A DNA stretch of 49,207 bases from Burkholderiaceae bacterium (GCA_043788365.1 JAYVTZ010000002.1:1-49207); one strand, 5' to 3'; positions 9,020-18,631 are shown, counted from the first letter of the stretch. Notes: generated by a model from the sequence alone, not told the origin. Numbers and translations: made by a program.

Positions 9020-10299
9020 TTTGTATCACTCGGTAGAGGAAATTGCTTTGCGAAAACCGCAACCTCAGCTTTAATTTTATCTAGTGCCTTCTCGTCATTA
9101 CGAGAATTAATTGCACTCAGCATATGTTCTGCGACAAAGGCCATGTCTTTTTCCAATAATCCTCTAGTGGTTATGGCTGGCGTACCGAGCCTGAAGCCGC
9201 TTGGACGGAATGGTGGCAAAGTATCATCTGGGATTGCATTGCAATTACCGGTTAGTCCAACCCGGTCGAGTACGTCCTGGGTCACTCGCCCGTCGATATC
9301 AAAACTACGGTGCATATCAATCATTATTAAGTGATTGTCAGTGCCATTACTTACTAGTTTAAAACCACGACTCATTAGTTCGTCGGCTAGTTGCTTGGCA
9401 TTTTTTAGGACCTGCTGAGCGTAAACCTGGAAGCTTGGTTCGAGCGCTTCACCAAAAGCGACTGCCTTAGCAAGGGTATTATTCATGTGTGGCCCACCTT
9501 GGGTACCTGGGAATACTTCTCGGTCAATTAATGTCGGCAAGTTACCGATTGTATGTTCTGGCGCTTTCAAAGGGTTACCAACCGTGCCTTTACTCAATAT
9601 CAAGCCACCACGCGGGCCTCGCAGAGTCTTGTGAGTCGTGCTGGTAATGACATGAAAACCAAAGTCGAACGGATTGGGCAATGCCTTGCCGGCGATAAGT
9701 CCGGCTATATGGGCCATATCAGCCATTAACATCGCGCCAACTTCATTACCAATCGCAGCAAACTTAGCATAATCAAGCGAACGAGGATAACCGCTAAAAC
9801 CAGCAAGTAGTATTTTCGGTTTTTCCTTTAGAGCAACTTGACGCATTTCATCATAGTCAATCTCACCGGTCTCAACGTCTTTAACACCGTACCGTACAAA
9901 ATTATAGAGTTTTGCACTGGCGGTAACTGGTGCCCCGTGCGTTAGGTGACCGCCATGGTCAAGCCGCATAGCCATAACTGTGTCGCCTGGATTCAACCAA
10001 GCTTGATAAACGGCAATATTAGCTGGTGCACCGCTGTGTGCTTGCACGTTTGCGTGGTCAGAGCCAAACAACTTTTTAGCCCGATCGATAGCGATTGTCT
10101 CGACTTTGTCGGTGTTCTCTTGGCCGCCGTAGTAACGCCGGCCCGGATAACCCTCAGAGTACTTATTAGTGAATACGCTCCCTAATGCCTCTAAAACATC
10201 TCTGCTAACGTAATTCTCTGACGGTACAAGCTCTAGTCCCTGGCGTTGACGAGTTTCTTCAGCTTTTAGTAAATTATTCAAAACTTTATCATGCAACAT
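9016..10299 (-). CDS. glyA: serine hydroxymethyltransferase
   Basis: Full-length SHMT with the PLP-lysine motif TTHKTLRGPRGG and a conserved N-terminal VPSENY. Confidence 0.95.
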   Translation of the reverse strand: MLHDKVLNNLLKAEETRQRQGLELVPSENYVSRDVLEALGSVFTNKYSEGYPGRRYYGGQENTDKVETIAIDRAKKLFGSDHANVQAHSGAPANIAVYQAWLNPGDTVMAMRLDHGGHLTHGAPVTASAKLYNFVRYGVKDVETGEIDYDEMRQVALKEKPKILLAGFSGYPRSLDYAKFAAIGNEVGAMLMADMAHIAGLIAGKALPNPFDFGFHVITSTTHKTLRGPRGGLILSKGTVGNPLKAPEHTIGNLPTLIDREVFPGTQGGPHMNNTLAKAVAFGEALEPSFQVYAQQVLKNAKQLADELMSRGFKLVSNGTDNHLIMIDMHRSFDIDGRVTQDVLDRVGLTGNCNAIPDDTLPPFRPSGFRLGTPAITTRGLLEKDMAFVAEHMLSAINSRNDEKALDKIKAEVAVFAKQFPLPSDTK

Positions 10300-10448
10300 A
10301 TTTAAATCCTGTTCTTAGTTAGTGTTTATAAATAGTAGTTGCAGTTAATCAAATCATGCTTATATTGTATGCGCTATATGGTAAAAATAAAACCATTCTG
10401 GGCGTAGTAAAATTATACAAATAATTATCGACATGAATATACCCCGTG

Positions 10449-10457
10449 TGGTAAGAT
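10449..10457 (+). promoter_or_regulatory. extended -10 promoter candidate (TGgTAAGAT) giving a near-leaderless HTH-murA mRNA
   Basis: TGGTAAGAT ends 9 nt before the ATG at 10467, and there is no Shine-Dalgarno sequence in between. Confidence 0.35.
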
Positions 10458-10466
10458 TGCTTCACT

Positions 10467-11990
10467 ATGGATACAACAAACGAGAAAATTGGCCAACTTA
10501 TTTACCAAATTAGACAGGAAAAGGGCTTAACCCAAGCTGAATTCGCCCGCAAGCTTAAGACCAGCCAATCGGCTGTCAACCGTATTGAGCACGGCAAACA
10601 GAACCTTAGCCTAGAAACTCTAGGACGCATCAGTGACGTTTTAAACAAACAAATTATTAGTATTTCTGGCCAGACTGTAAATCTTAAAATCGAAGGTGGA
10701 CACGAACTAAAGGGTGAAATAACTCTTAAGACCAGCAAGAACGCCGCCGTTGGACTGTTATGTGCATCACTGCTAAACAAAGGCACGACTCGCCTAAAGA
10801 GCGTTGCCAGAATCGAAGAAGTTAATCGCATGATCGAAGTGCTGCGAAGCATTGGTGTTCAAATTAAGTGGCTACCTGGTAATGACCTCGAAATCAAACC
10901 ACCGGCAAAACTTGACCTCGACAAGATGGATAAGACTGCGGCACGCAAAACTCGTAGCGTTATTATGTTGATCGGGCCACTAATGCACCTATATAAAGAA
11001 TTTAAAATTCCTTATGCTGGCGGCTGTGAATTAGGCAAACGGACGGTCTTACCCCATTTATATGCTCTTGAGGAGCTTGGTGTCGATGTTCTAACTAAAA
11101 GTGGACATTACAATGTGACCGTTAAACGCCACCCAGCAAATCGCTCGATTGTACTTTACGAATCAGGCGACACGACAACTGAAAACGTGCTCATGGCAGC
11201 TTCACTGATCGAAGAAGAAACAGTTATTAAGATGGCGAGTGCTAACTACGCAATTCAAGACTTGTGTTTTTTCCTACAAAAACTTGGGGTCAAAATTGAA
11301 GGCATTGGAACCACAACATTGAGAGTTCAGGGCCTAAAGGAAATAAAAAAGAATGTTTCATTTGCACCGAGTGAAGACCCGGTCGAAGCCATGACATTTG
11401 TGGCAGCGGCCGTGACGACAAATTCTAAAATCACAATCCGCCGCGTACCGATTGAGTTTATGGAGCTCGAACTGTTAAAGTTAGAAAAAATGGGTTTAAA
11501 GTCTACGAGGACTGAAGTCTATAAGTCAGAAAATGGCAAAACTGACCTTATCGACCTTACTATTCACAAGCACAATCATCAGTTATCAGCACCAGAAGAC
11601 AAGCTCTACGGACGACCATTCCCAGGAATGAACATCGATAACCTGCCCTACTTCGTACCCATAGCAGCCGTTTCAAAGGGTCGCACCTTGATTCATGACT
11701 GGGTGTATGAAGACCGAGCGCTTATGTACACAGAGATCAAAAAAATTGGTGTTGATCTAGAGCTTGCCGACCCACACCGTGTCTTCATAAATGGACCAAC
11801 TCGTTGGCGATCGGCTGATATCGTAGCGCCTAGCGGGATTCGACCCGCCGTCATTCTGCTAATAGGCATGTTGGCCGGTAACGGAACCTCGATACTCCGC
11901 AACGTCTACACCATCAATCGCGGCTACGAAGACCTCGCCGAACGCCTAAACTCACTCGGCGCTCGTATTACTGTTATCCACGAAATATAA
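10467..11990 (+). CDS. murA: XRE HTH domain fused to UDP-N-acetylglucosamine 1-carboxyvinyltransferase
   Basis: Residues ~1-65 form an HTH_3 (LTQAEFARKLKTSQSAVNRIEHGKQ). The rest is a MurA/EPSP-synthase fold with the active-site loop YAGGCELGKR (catalytic Cys retained). Confidence 0.85.
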   Translation: MDTTNEKIGQLIYQIRQEKGLTQAEFARKLKTSQSAVNRIEHGKQNLSLETLGRISDVLNKQIISISGQTVNLKIEGGHELKGEITLKTSKNAAVGLLCASLLNKGTTRLKSVARIEEVNRMIEVLRSIGVQIKWLPGNDLEIKPPAKLDLDKMDKTAARKTRSVIMLIGPLMHLYKEFKIPYAGGCELGKRTVLPHLYALEELGVDVLTKSGHYNVTVKRHPANRSIVLYESGDTTTENVLMAASLIEEETVIKMASANYAIQDLCFFLQKLGVKIEGIGTTTLRVQGLKEIKKNVSFAPSEDPVEAMTFVAAAVTTNSKITIRRVPIEFMELELLKLEKMGLKSTRTEVYKSENGKTDLIDLTIHKHNHQLSAPEDKLYGRPFPGMNIDNLPYFVPIAAVSKGRTLIHDWVYEDRALMYTEIKKIGVDLELADPHRVFINGPTRWRSADIVAPSGIRPAVILLIGMLAGNGTSILRNVYTINRGYEDLAERLNSLGARITVIHEI

Positions 11991-12040
11991 TTTCATCACA
12001 TAGACTTGCAAAATACTATATTTTGTGGTAATATAAGCTC

Positions 12041-13318
12041 ATGTCATATGAGTCCCGTAACATCGCTAGGGTTAAATCCCGAGGCACAACTGATTACACC
12101 AAAAACCGTTATGTGCGGCCATTGCCAAAACACGTATCTTATTCGGTATTGCGCTCTATATCAAAACAAAAACCGGAATCCAACTTCTATAGCGAAGAAA
12201 CCATAGTTAGTGGCCAAATTAAAACTGTCAGAAGAAAGAAGCTAGCTCTGCTTTTACCCGCCTATAACGAAGAACTGATTATTGCTACAACAATCAAGTC
12301 GGCTATTAAAGCCGGCCAGTTTAAAAAAGACATCTACGTCGTTGATGACCACTCTAGTGACAACACCCGTAAGGTTGCGGTGGGATTACTGGGTGAAGAC
12401 CAGGTGTTAACTGTCCAAAGAAGCGGCAAGGCCATAGCAGTCCAAAAAGCTATCAAGAAGTTCAAGATTAAAAAGAACTATGTTTGGTTACATATTGCCG
12501 ACGCTGATAGCATTTTTTCGCCCGATTATTTCAAAATTTATAAGAAAAAGTTAGACCCTAGGAAATATGCTGTAGCCGTTGGTTTTGTCCAGAGCATGCG
12601 TGGCAACTGGATAAGCACTTACCGAGCGCTATCATATACCTATAGCCAGCATGTTAATCGCCGAATTCAACACTACACCCAGACTATTTCTGTCTTCCCC
12701 GGTCCGATTACTTGCTTTAGAACTGATATCTTAAACAAATTGGACTTCGATACTAATAGTTTGACTGAAGATTTTGATATCACACTGCAAATACATCGTA
12801 AAAAACTCGGCCGAATCGTCTTCATTCCAAAAGCCATCAACTATACTCAAGACCCGCAAACTTTGAAAGACTTCATCAAGCAAAACCGTCGCTGGCAACG
12901 TGGCCTCTTCCAAGGCTTAAAGAAATACAAGATTGGTCGCCAGGCCCACTTGATTGACTTAAGTATCGGCTATCAACTGCTGTTAGTTCTGGTATATATG
13001 ATTCAACTGCTAGTGTTATTGCCAATGATTATTGGTATGACAGGTAATTGGATGCTAATTCCGGTTATCATTGCTGCCGATTTCGTTGTTAATAGTTTGA
13101 TTGCCTTATTCTCATCAATTGCTATCAGGCGCTGGAACTTAATCGGTGCAATGCCCTACTTCTACTTCTTAAGGTGGGTCGAGCTAATTATTTTTATCCA
13201 GTCATTTGGTGAAGTCATAATTCTCAAGAAATTTCAAACCGAAGAAACCAAAGGCTGGGATACTAGCGGTCGCCGCTACGCACTTAGCACTGAAGCTTTG
13301 CGCGACGTTACTGCCTAA
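12041..13318 (+). CDS. processive family-2 glycosyltransferase (membrane-embedded polysaccharide synthase, PgaC/IcaA/cellulose-synthase-like)
   Basis: GT2 core LLPAYNEE, DDHSSDNT and HIADADS, plus the QNRRWQRG (QxxRW) motif, followed by 3-4 C-terminal TM helices. Confidence 0.8.
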   Translation: MSYESRNIARVKSRGTTDYTKNRYVRPLPKHVSYSVLRSISKQKPESNFYSEETIVSGQIKTVRRKKLALLLPAYNEELIIATTIKSAIKAGQFKKDIYVVDDHSSDNTRKVAVGLLGEDQVLTVQRSGKAIAVQKAIKKFKIKKNYVWLHIADADSIFSPDYFKIYKKKLDPRKYAVAVGFVQSMRGNWISTYRALSYTYSQHVNRRIQHYTQTISVFPGPITCFRTDILNKLDFDTNSLTEDFDITLQIHRKKLGRIVFIPKAINYTQDPQTLKDFIKQNRRWQRGLFQGLKKYKIGRQAHLIDLSIGYQLLLVLVYMIQLLVLLPMIIGMTGNWMLIPVIIAADFVVNSLIALFSSIAIRRWNLIGAMPYFYFLRWVELIIFIQSFGEVIILKKFQTEETKGWDTSGRRYALSTEALRDVTA

Positions 13319-13322
13319 TAAA

Positions 13323-13904
13323 TTATAGTTTTTCGACTCTAACAAAATCGAAGCTATACATTTGGCGATTTTGCATAAATGATCCCGAACAAGTCTGAAT
13401 TGTTAGCTTTGGCGGACCTTGGTAAGTAAAAATCGACGTATCGGTCGGTTCAACTGCTATTGATGACTTGTAAATATAAGTAAAACGTAACCCGTTATCG
13501 GTTTCAATCATAGCTTCAGCTCCTGGTTTGATGTGGTGTAAGTAAGCAAAGACCTCTGGTCGATAGTGTCCATAGATAAGTGTATTGCCTGCTTGGTCAT
13601 TTGGCGGCGTGGTTATAAGGGCGAAATGCGCCTTATTAAGTGATAGATTCCACTCGCCGCTGGTTGAATTATAGACACCATCAATAACTGGAAGATTAAT
13701 TTTGAGGCTTGGTATTGATAGTGTTTGTGGCTTACCGGTGATTGCCGTGACAAGCTTAATAACAGAACTGACTGGTATGAACGTCTTTGGGCTGGCTGCA
13801 TTCACACGATTTTTGTGCATAAAATAGACTGTTGGCATAAAAACTGCCAATCCAATTATTAAGAATGTCACGCCGATAATATTTAGCTTAGTCTGTAGTT
13901 TCAT
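13323..13904 (-). CDS. sortase (transpeptidase)
   Basis: N-terminal TM anchor, catalytic His in LIYGHY, TLxTC-type LTIQTCSG, and a downstream Arg. Start taken at the second Met (13904); the track ORF extends to 13943. Confidence 0.8.
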   Translation of the reverse strand: MKLQTKLNIIGVTFLIIGLAVFMPTVYFMHKNRVNAASPKTFIPVSSVIKLVTAITGKPQTLSIPSLKINLPVIDGVYNSTSGEWNLSLNKAHFALITTPPNDQAGNTLIYGHYRPEVFAYLHHIKPGAEAMIETDNGLRFTYIYKSSIAVEPTDTSIFTYQGPPKLTIQTCSGSFMQNRQMYSFDFVRVEKL

Positions 13905-13975
13905 GATTTCGCTCTTAAATAAATACAGTAGCGACGAGTTCACGCCACTACTGTAAATTTACTGCTAATTGGTAC

Positions 13976-14143
13976 TTAGGCCTTAGCTTGGTTTCTGCGA
14001 GCAATAAAGCTAGCAGTAAAAGCTACGACACTGCCAATAAGCATAACTGCGGCTGCATAGAACAGCGGGCGTGTGCTACCGGTGTGAGGAAGCAAAGCGA
14101 TTCCCAAAACACCAGTTGAAGCTGAGAGTACTTGTCCACTCAT
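13976..14143 (-). CDS. 55-aa LPXTG sorting-signal mini-protein (not in the ORF track)
   Basis: My translation: MSGQVLSASTGVLGIALLPHTGSTRPLFYAAAVMLIGSVVAFTASFIARRNQAKA. It has LPHTG, then a TM helix and an RR tail. AAGGAG RBS lies 6 nt before the ATG. An in-frame stop sits 6 codons upstream, so it is not the tail of a larger ORF. Confidence 0.55.
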   Translation of the reverse strand: MSGQVLSASTGVLGIALLPHTGSTRPLFYAAAVMLIGSVVAFTASFIARRNQAKA

Positions 14144-14424
14144 ATACGTCTCCTTAGTCTACTTATGGCCTCACCCACTGTGATACCGTTGTTTTAACAA
14201 TCATATTATACATCTTTGTGACATTTTGTAAAGTACATTTTATGGTTGCTTATGCTTTACAACTTTTTCGCCACTGCTTACTACCACCGACATCTGTTAT
14301 TACTGGATATAGGAGCTAATGAATAAATCAGCCGACATAACATAATAAACATACTCACAATGAGCAAATTTCCAACAATTATCAGGATTATTATCGCAGG
14401 AAAGGAAATTTGAATATTATGCCC

Positions 14425-14453
14425 TTGACAGAAAGTGTATTATAAAGTATTAT
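14425..14453 (+). promoter_or_regulatory. sigma70 promoter candidate for the CBM/CE4 gene
   Basis: TTGACA (14425-14430), a 17-nt spacer, then TATTAT (14448-14453); an overlapping TATAAT lies 3 nt later. Confidence 0.45.
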
Positions 14454-14501
14454 AATATATATAATCTAGTGTTTTGGTGGCCGAAAACGGAGATCAGTTT
14501 T

Positions 14502-17237
14502 ATGATTAAATTGTTGCGTAAAATTAGTCTTGTAATGGCTTCTTTATTAGTATTACTATTGCCATTGACTCCACTTCAGATAGTGCATGCTGATGGGCCC
14601 AATTTAGTCTTAAATCCATCAGTCGAAACAACAAACATTCAGGGTTTACCGAATAATTGGTCGGCCCTTAAAAGTGGGACTAATGTCTCTACATTTACAT
14701 ACGTAACTACTGTCGGCAACATTGGCACTCACAGTTTATTAATCAATATGTCTAATCGCACAAACGGTGACGCTAAATGGCGTTCTGATCCAATTTTAAT
14801 TAAATCAAATCAGAAATACAGTCTTAGTGATTTTTATAAAGCTACTTCTAGGAACGAATTTGATCTCGAGTACAGTGATATAAATGGCGTCAAGACAGTA
14901 GTAAATTTACCTCAAATTAACACCTCTAACAACTGGGCAAAAGCTACCCAAACATTCACATCTCCCGCTAATGCTGTTTCTGTCATTGTAATGCACACTT
15001 TGCTACGCGTTGGTTCACTTCAAACTGACGATTATAGTCTAAATGAAGTAACTGCTCCGCCTACGGTAACTGTTACAAGTCCAGCGTTAAGTTCATTGTT
15101 AAGCGGAATTGTTCCTATTAATGCTAACGCAACCAATGCCGCTGGCGTGCAGTTTAAAGTGGATGACATAAGCGTTGGTGCGGAAGTTTTGATAGCGCCC
15201 TTTACTACTAGCTGGAATACAACAGTTCTAGCCAATGGCATACATACTGTTTCAGCTGTGGCACGTAACAGCACCGGCACAACTGCAACTTCAAGTGTTT
15301 CCGTTAATGTATTTAACAACACCGTTCTACCTACCGCTCCTACTGTGACGATTACTGCTCCATATAGTAATGCCACAGTAAGTGGTACTGGCCAGGCTTT
15401 GAGTGCAAATGTAACTAGTGCACAGACGGTTAGTGGTGTTCAGTTTAAAATAGATGGTATAAATATTGGCACAGAAGATATGGCGGCGCCCTACTTTGTT
15501 AATTGGGATACGACTTCGGTAGCTAATGGCATACACATTGTTACAGCAACTGGCAGAACTACAAATAATCTTTCAACTACATCGACCACACTTATTAATG
15601 TACAAAATCTTGCAGCACCAGCTCCACCAACAAACTTGATCTCAAATCCATCGGTCGAATCAGCAACCAGTACAATCCCTACTGACTGGACAAGTAGTAG
15701 CTGGGGAGCAAATACGCCTGTATTTACCTATGAATCAACTGGTCACACCGGTACACATAGCGTTAAAACAACTATGACTGGTTTCGTCAACGGTGACGGC
15801 AAATGGTTCTTTGCGCCAGTTACTGTTACAGCCGGTCAATCATATGATTACAGCCACTTCTACCAGTCGAGCGTTACTACAGATGTCGTCGCCCAATTCA
15901 CCAACGCTAGCGGTGTTGATAGCTACAAATGGCTTAACACACTAGCATCGAGTGCAACCTGGCAGCAATTTAGCTCTAGCTTCGTGATTCCTGCCGGAAC
16001 AGTCAAACTTACAGTACTTCACGTTATATATAGCGTTGGCTTCATCCAAATTGACGATGCCTCACTAACCACTTCGGCACCTGCTGTTGTATTACAAACA
16101 GGTGAAGTTTTAAATAGCTCTATGGAAACATCGAGCGGTAACCCAGCCATACCAAATAACTGGCAAAAAAGTAGTTGGGGCACCAACACCTCAACTTTTG
16201 AGTACTTAAATGAAGGTCACACTGGCACTCACAGTACAAAAGTTACTGTAAGTAATTACGTTGATGGTGACGGTAAGTGGTTCTTTAACCCGTTGACTAA
16301 CCTAACTCGTGGTGGCCAATACCGCTTTAGTGCTTGGTATAAAACCAACACTACACCTCATGCCGTAGCTGTTTATACACTAGATGACGGTACAAATAAG
16401 TTCTTTGGTATGCCAAACCCTCAATCAGACGCTAGTAGCGCTACAACTTGGCAATTCTATACTGACACTTTCCAAGTACCAACCAACGCCAAAGATCTAA
16501 CTGTTTACTTCTTTATGCCCGGTAATGGTTGGGTTCAGATTGATGATCAGGCAATTACTCCATATCAACCTGTTGCCTTTAACCGACCTTTGGTAACGCT
16601 AACTTTTGATGATGGCGCAGAAGAGAATATTACTACAGCCCTACCCTTACTAAATCAATTCGGTTTTAAATCTACACAGTGTTTTGCAACAAGCTTCGTT
16701 GAAGGTGTTGCCGGTGGTCCACAAAATGTCGCTGCCTTTAAGAACACTGGCCACGAGATTTGCTCTCATACTGTAACTCACCCATTCATGACTCAAATTC
16801 CTATATCTCAACTAACTACCGAACTTGTACATTCTCAACAATACCTTCAGTCACTTACAGGCTCAAGCGTATTAGATTTTGCCTCGCCTTACGGTGACTA
16901 TAATTCAACAGTAAATAATGAAATAAAAAAGTATTATAGGTCTCATCGCACTGTCGACGAAGGTTACAATACTAAGGATAACTTTGGTATCTACCGGCTA
17001 CGCGTTCAAAACATGACGCCTACAACCAGCCTTGCTCAGTATCAGGCATGGATAAATGAGGCAAAAGCCGAGAATTCATGGTTAATATTGGTCTATCACA
17101 AGGTTACAACTGGCGTTCCAGATCCTTACGATACTTTACTGCCAGATTTCCAAACACAACTACAAGCTATCAAAAATAGCGGTATTACAGTCAAGACCTA
17201 CTCGGCTGCACTAGACGAACTAACTTCACAGCTTTAG
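14502..17237 (+). CDS. secreted multidomain polysaccharide deacetylase (3 CBM4/9-like modules, 2 Ig-like domains, C-terminal CE4 NodB domain)
   Basis: Signal peptide MIKLLRKISLVMASLLVLLLPL...VHA. Three internal repeats of the NPSVE...W...GTHS...GDxKW...QxDD type. Two Ig-like repeats (GVQFK(V/I)D...ANGIH). NodB motifs LTFDDG and SHTVTHP. Start at ATG 14502 with a GGAG RBS. Confidence 0.8.
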   Translation: MIKLLRKISLVMASLLVLLLPLTPLQIVHADGPNLVLNPSVETTNIQGLPNNWSALKSGTNVSTFTYVTTVGNIGTHSLLINMSNRTNGDAKWRSDPILIKSNQKYSLSDFYKATSRNEFDLEYSDINGVKTVVNLPQINTSNNWAKATQTFTSPANAVSVIVMHTLLRVGSLQTDDYSLNEVTAPPTVTVTSPALSSLLSGIVPINANATNAAGVQFKVDDISVGAEVLIAPFTTSWNTTVLANGIHTVSAVARNSTGTTATSSVSVNVFNNTVLPTAPTVTITAPYSNATVSGTGQALSANVTSAQTVSGVQFKIDGINIGTEDMAAPYFVNWDTTSVANGIHIVTATGRTTNNLSTTSTTLINVQNLAAPAPPTNLISNPSVESATSTIPTDWTSSSWGANTPVFTYESTGHTGTHSVKTTMTGFVNGDGKWFFAPVTVTAGQSYDYSHFYQSSVTTDVVAQFTNASGVDSYKWLNTLASSATWQQFSSSFVIPAGTVKLTVLHVIYSVGFIQIDDASLTTSAPAVVLQTGEVLNSSMETSSGNPAIPNNWQKSSWGTNTSTFEYLNEGHTGTHSTKVTVSNYVDGDGKWFFNPLTNLTRGGQYRFSAWYKTNTTPHAVAVYTLDDGTNKFFGMPNPQSDASSATTWQFYTDTFQVPTNAKDLTVYFFMPGNGWVQIDDQAITPYQPVAFNRPLVTLTFDDGAEENITTALPLLNQFGFKSTQCFATSFVEGVAGGPQNVAAFKNTGHEICSHTVTHPFMTQIPISQLTTELVHSQQYLQSLTGSSVLDFASPYGDYNSTVNNEIKKYYRSHRTVDEGYNTKDNFGIYRLRVQNMTPTTSLAQYQAWINEAKAENSWLILVYHKVTTGVPDPYDTLLPDFQTQLQAIKNSGITVKTYSAALDELTSQL

Positions 17238-18505
17238 TTGTCAAATAACCAGAAATTTATTTTAGCCTGATTTAGATCAGCTATAAAACTAGCCATCACC
17301 GCCCAGTCACCAGTTTTTGGTTGACCAGCTTGCCAATACGACCAGTCAATGCCTTCACTATCAGCATACTTATTTTCAGCAAAGATATTAACACTCAGAT
17401 CGAATCCTTTAGACTGTAGTGACTTTGCTTGAACTGCGATATCGTCAAGAATCGTTTGCCTTTGACTGCCCGTCAAGCTAAATCCTGCCTGATTCGAATT
17501 CTTGGCTCTTGCAAAAGTACCGGTATTAAACCAAATATTTTTAGCTCCAAGGGCTGTTGCTGCCTCACTTGCTAGACTTGGATTTAAAAAATGCCCAGCA
17601 TTATAATCTGGTGTATTGTCTGGCCAGGCAAAACCCTGATAACCCAAACTATCAATTAAGTTTTTAGGAATGTTCTTAACATAGTCTACTAAGCTCGAGT
17701 AAGCTCCATGGTCCCATGACGAGTCTGGGTAAGTTTTACTATCAAACATCACACTTGTAAGACTTCCAGGGAAAAATTTCTTTTGGATTTGTGCAGTTCG
17801 ACTTACGCAAGCAGCAAAAGTATCTGGCGATATATAACTTCCCCACGACGGCGTGTTCGCCTCCGGCAATATTACCCATTCGCCCAACATTTTGTCACTA
17901 ATTGATTTTGCCTTGATACTAGAAAATAATTTTTCTAAAACTGGGTCATATTTACCATTTTGATAATCAATAAAACTTAAATTTGCGGAACTAGTAACAG
18001 GCTCAAATATAACTAGTGGCTTAATACCAAACTGGTCGTACTCCTTAAGTTGAGTCACCACATCATCAGCTGTGCTCGTAGCATCATTTACGTCTTTGGG
18101 CATCCCGACAAATATCATTGATCTGTCAACGACCGCACTATTGCATAACAATTCATAATCACTAATTTTACGAATTTCTGGGTAATTACTCTTGTTTAAA
18201 TTTGTATGTGGTGGCGTAAGCGTTTGGCAGTTACCTTGCCTAAGTATGTGATTACTAACAGGGCTAGTACTAGCTAAAACTGCGCTTGAACTATTTTGAT
18301 TAATCGCAAGGTGATTGCTAGGGCGAGGAAAGACGGTACGTATAATACCAGCTACATCGACAGTTGACTTAAATACAGAAATTTCTGCCTTTTTACCACG
18401 AGTAAAAGCTGCAAGTAACCCTATAGTTAATACGAGAAAGCCAATTCCGGCAGACTTTAATAATCGGTGACGACGGTATAGATTAACATCATATTGATAG
18501 GTCAT
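17234..18505 (-). CDS. membrane-anchored extracytoplasmic protein, possible glycoside hydrolase
   Basis: N-terminal TM anchor. The alternating beta/alpha-like pattern with IFEP and LPEANTP segments suggests a TIM-barrel hydrolase. The assignment is weak and rests mainly on context next to the GT2/CE4 genes. Confidence 0.45.
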   Translation of the reverse strand: MTYQYDVNLYRRHRLLKSAGIGFLVLTIGLLAAFTRGKKAEISVFKSTVDVAGIIRTVFPRPSNHLAINQNSSSAVLASTSPVSNHILRQGNCQTLTPPHTNLNKSNYPEIRKISDYELLCNSAVVDRSMIFVGMPKDVNDATSTADDVVTQLKEYDQFGIKPLVIFEPVTSSANLSFIDYQNGKYDPVLEKLFSSIKAKSISDKMLGEWVILPEANTPSWGSYISPDTFAACVSRTAQIQKKFFPGSLTSVMFDSKTYPDSSWDHGAYSSLVDYVKNIPKNLIDSLGYQGFAWPDNTPDYNAGHFLNPSLASEAATALGAKNIWFNTGTFARAKNSNQAGFSLTGSQRQTILDDIAVQAKSLQSKGFDLSVNIFAENKYADSEGIDWSYWQAGQPKTGDWAVMASFIADLNQAKINFWLFDN

Positions 18506-18622
18506 ACAAATATAATACTATAGATTTTGGAAAATTTTGCATTATTGTGATGTAGTAAAAGTTTAAAATCTATTCGCCAGATAGCAGAATAGATAGTTTA
18601 GCTGTTTTTAGTTTATGTATTT

Positions 18623-18631
18623 TGATATAAT
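18623..18631 (+). promoter_or_regulatory. extended -10 promoter candidate for the tRNA-Gly/tRNA-Arg operon
   Basis: TGATATAAT lies 14 nt upstream of the tRNA-Gly 5' end. The -35 is weak. Confidence 0.4.
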
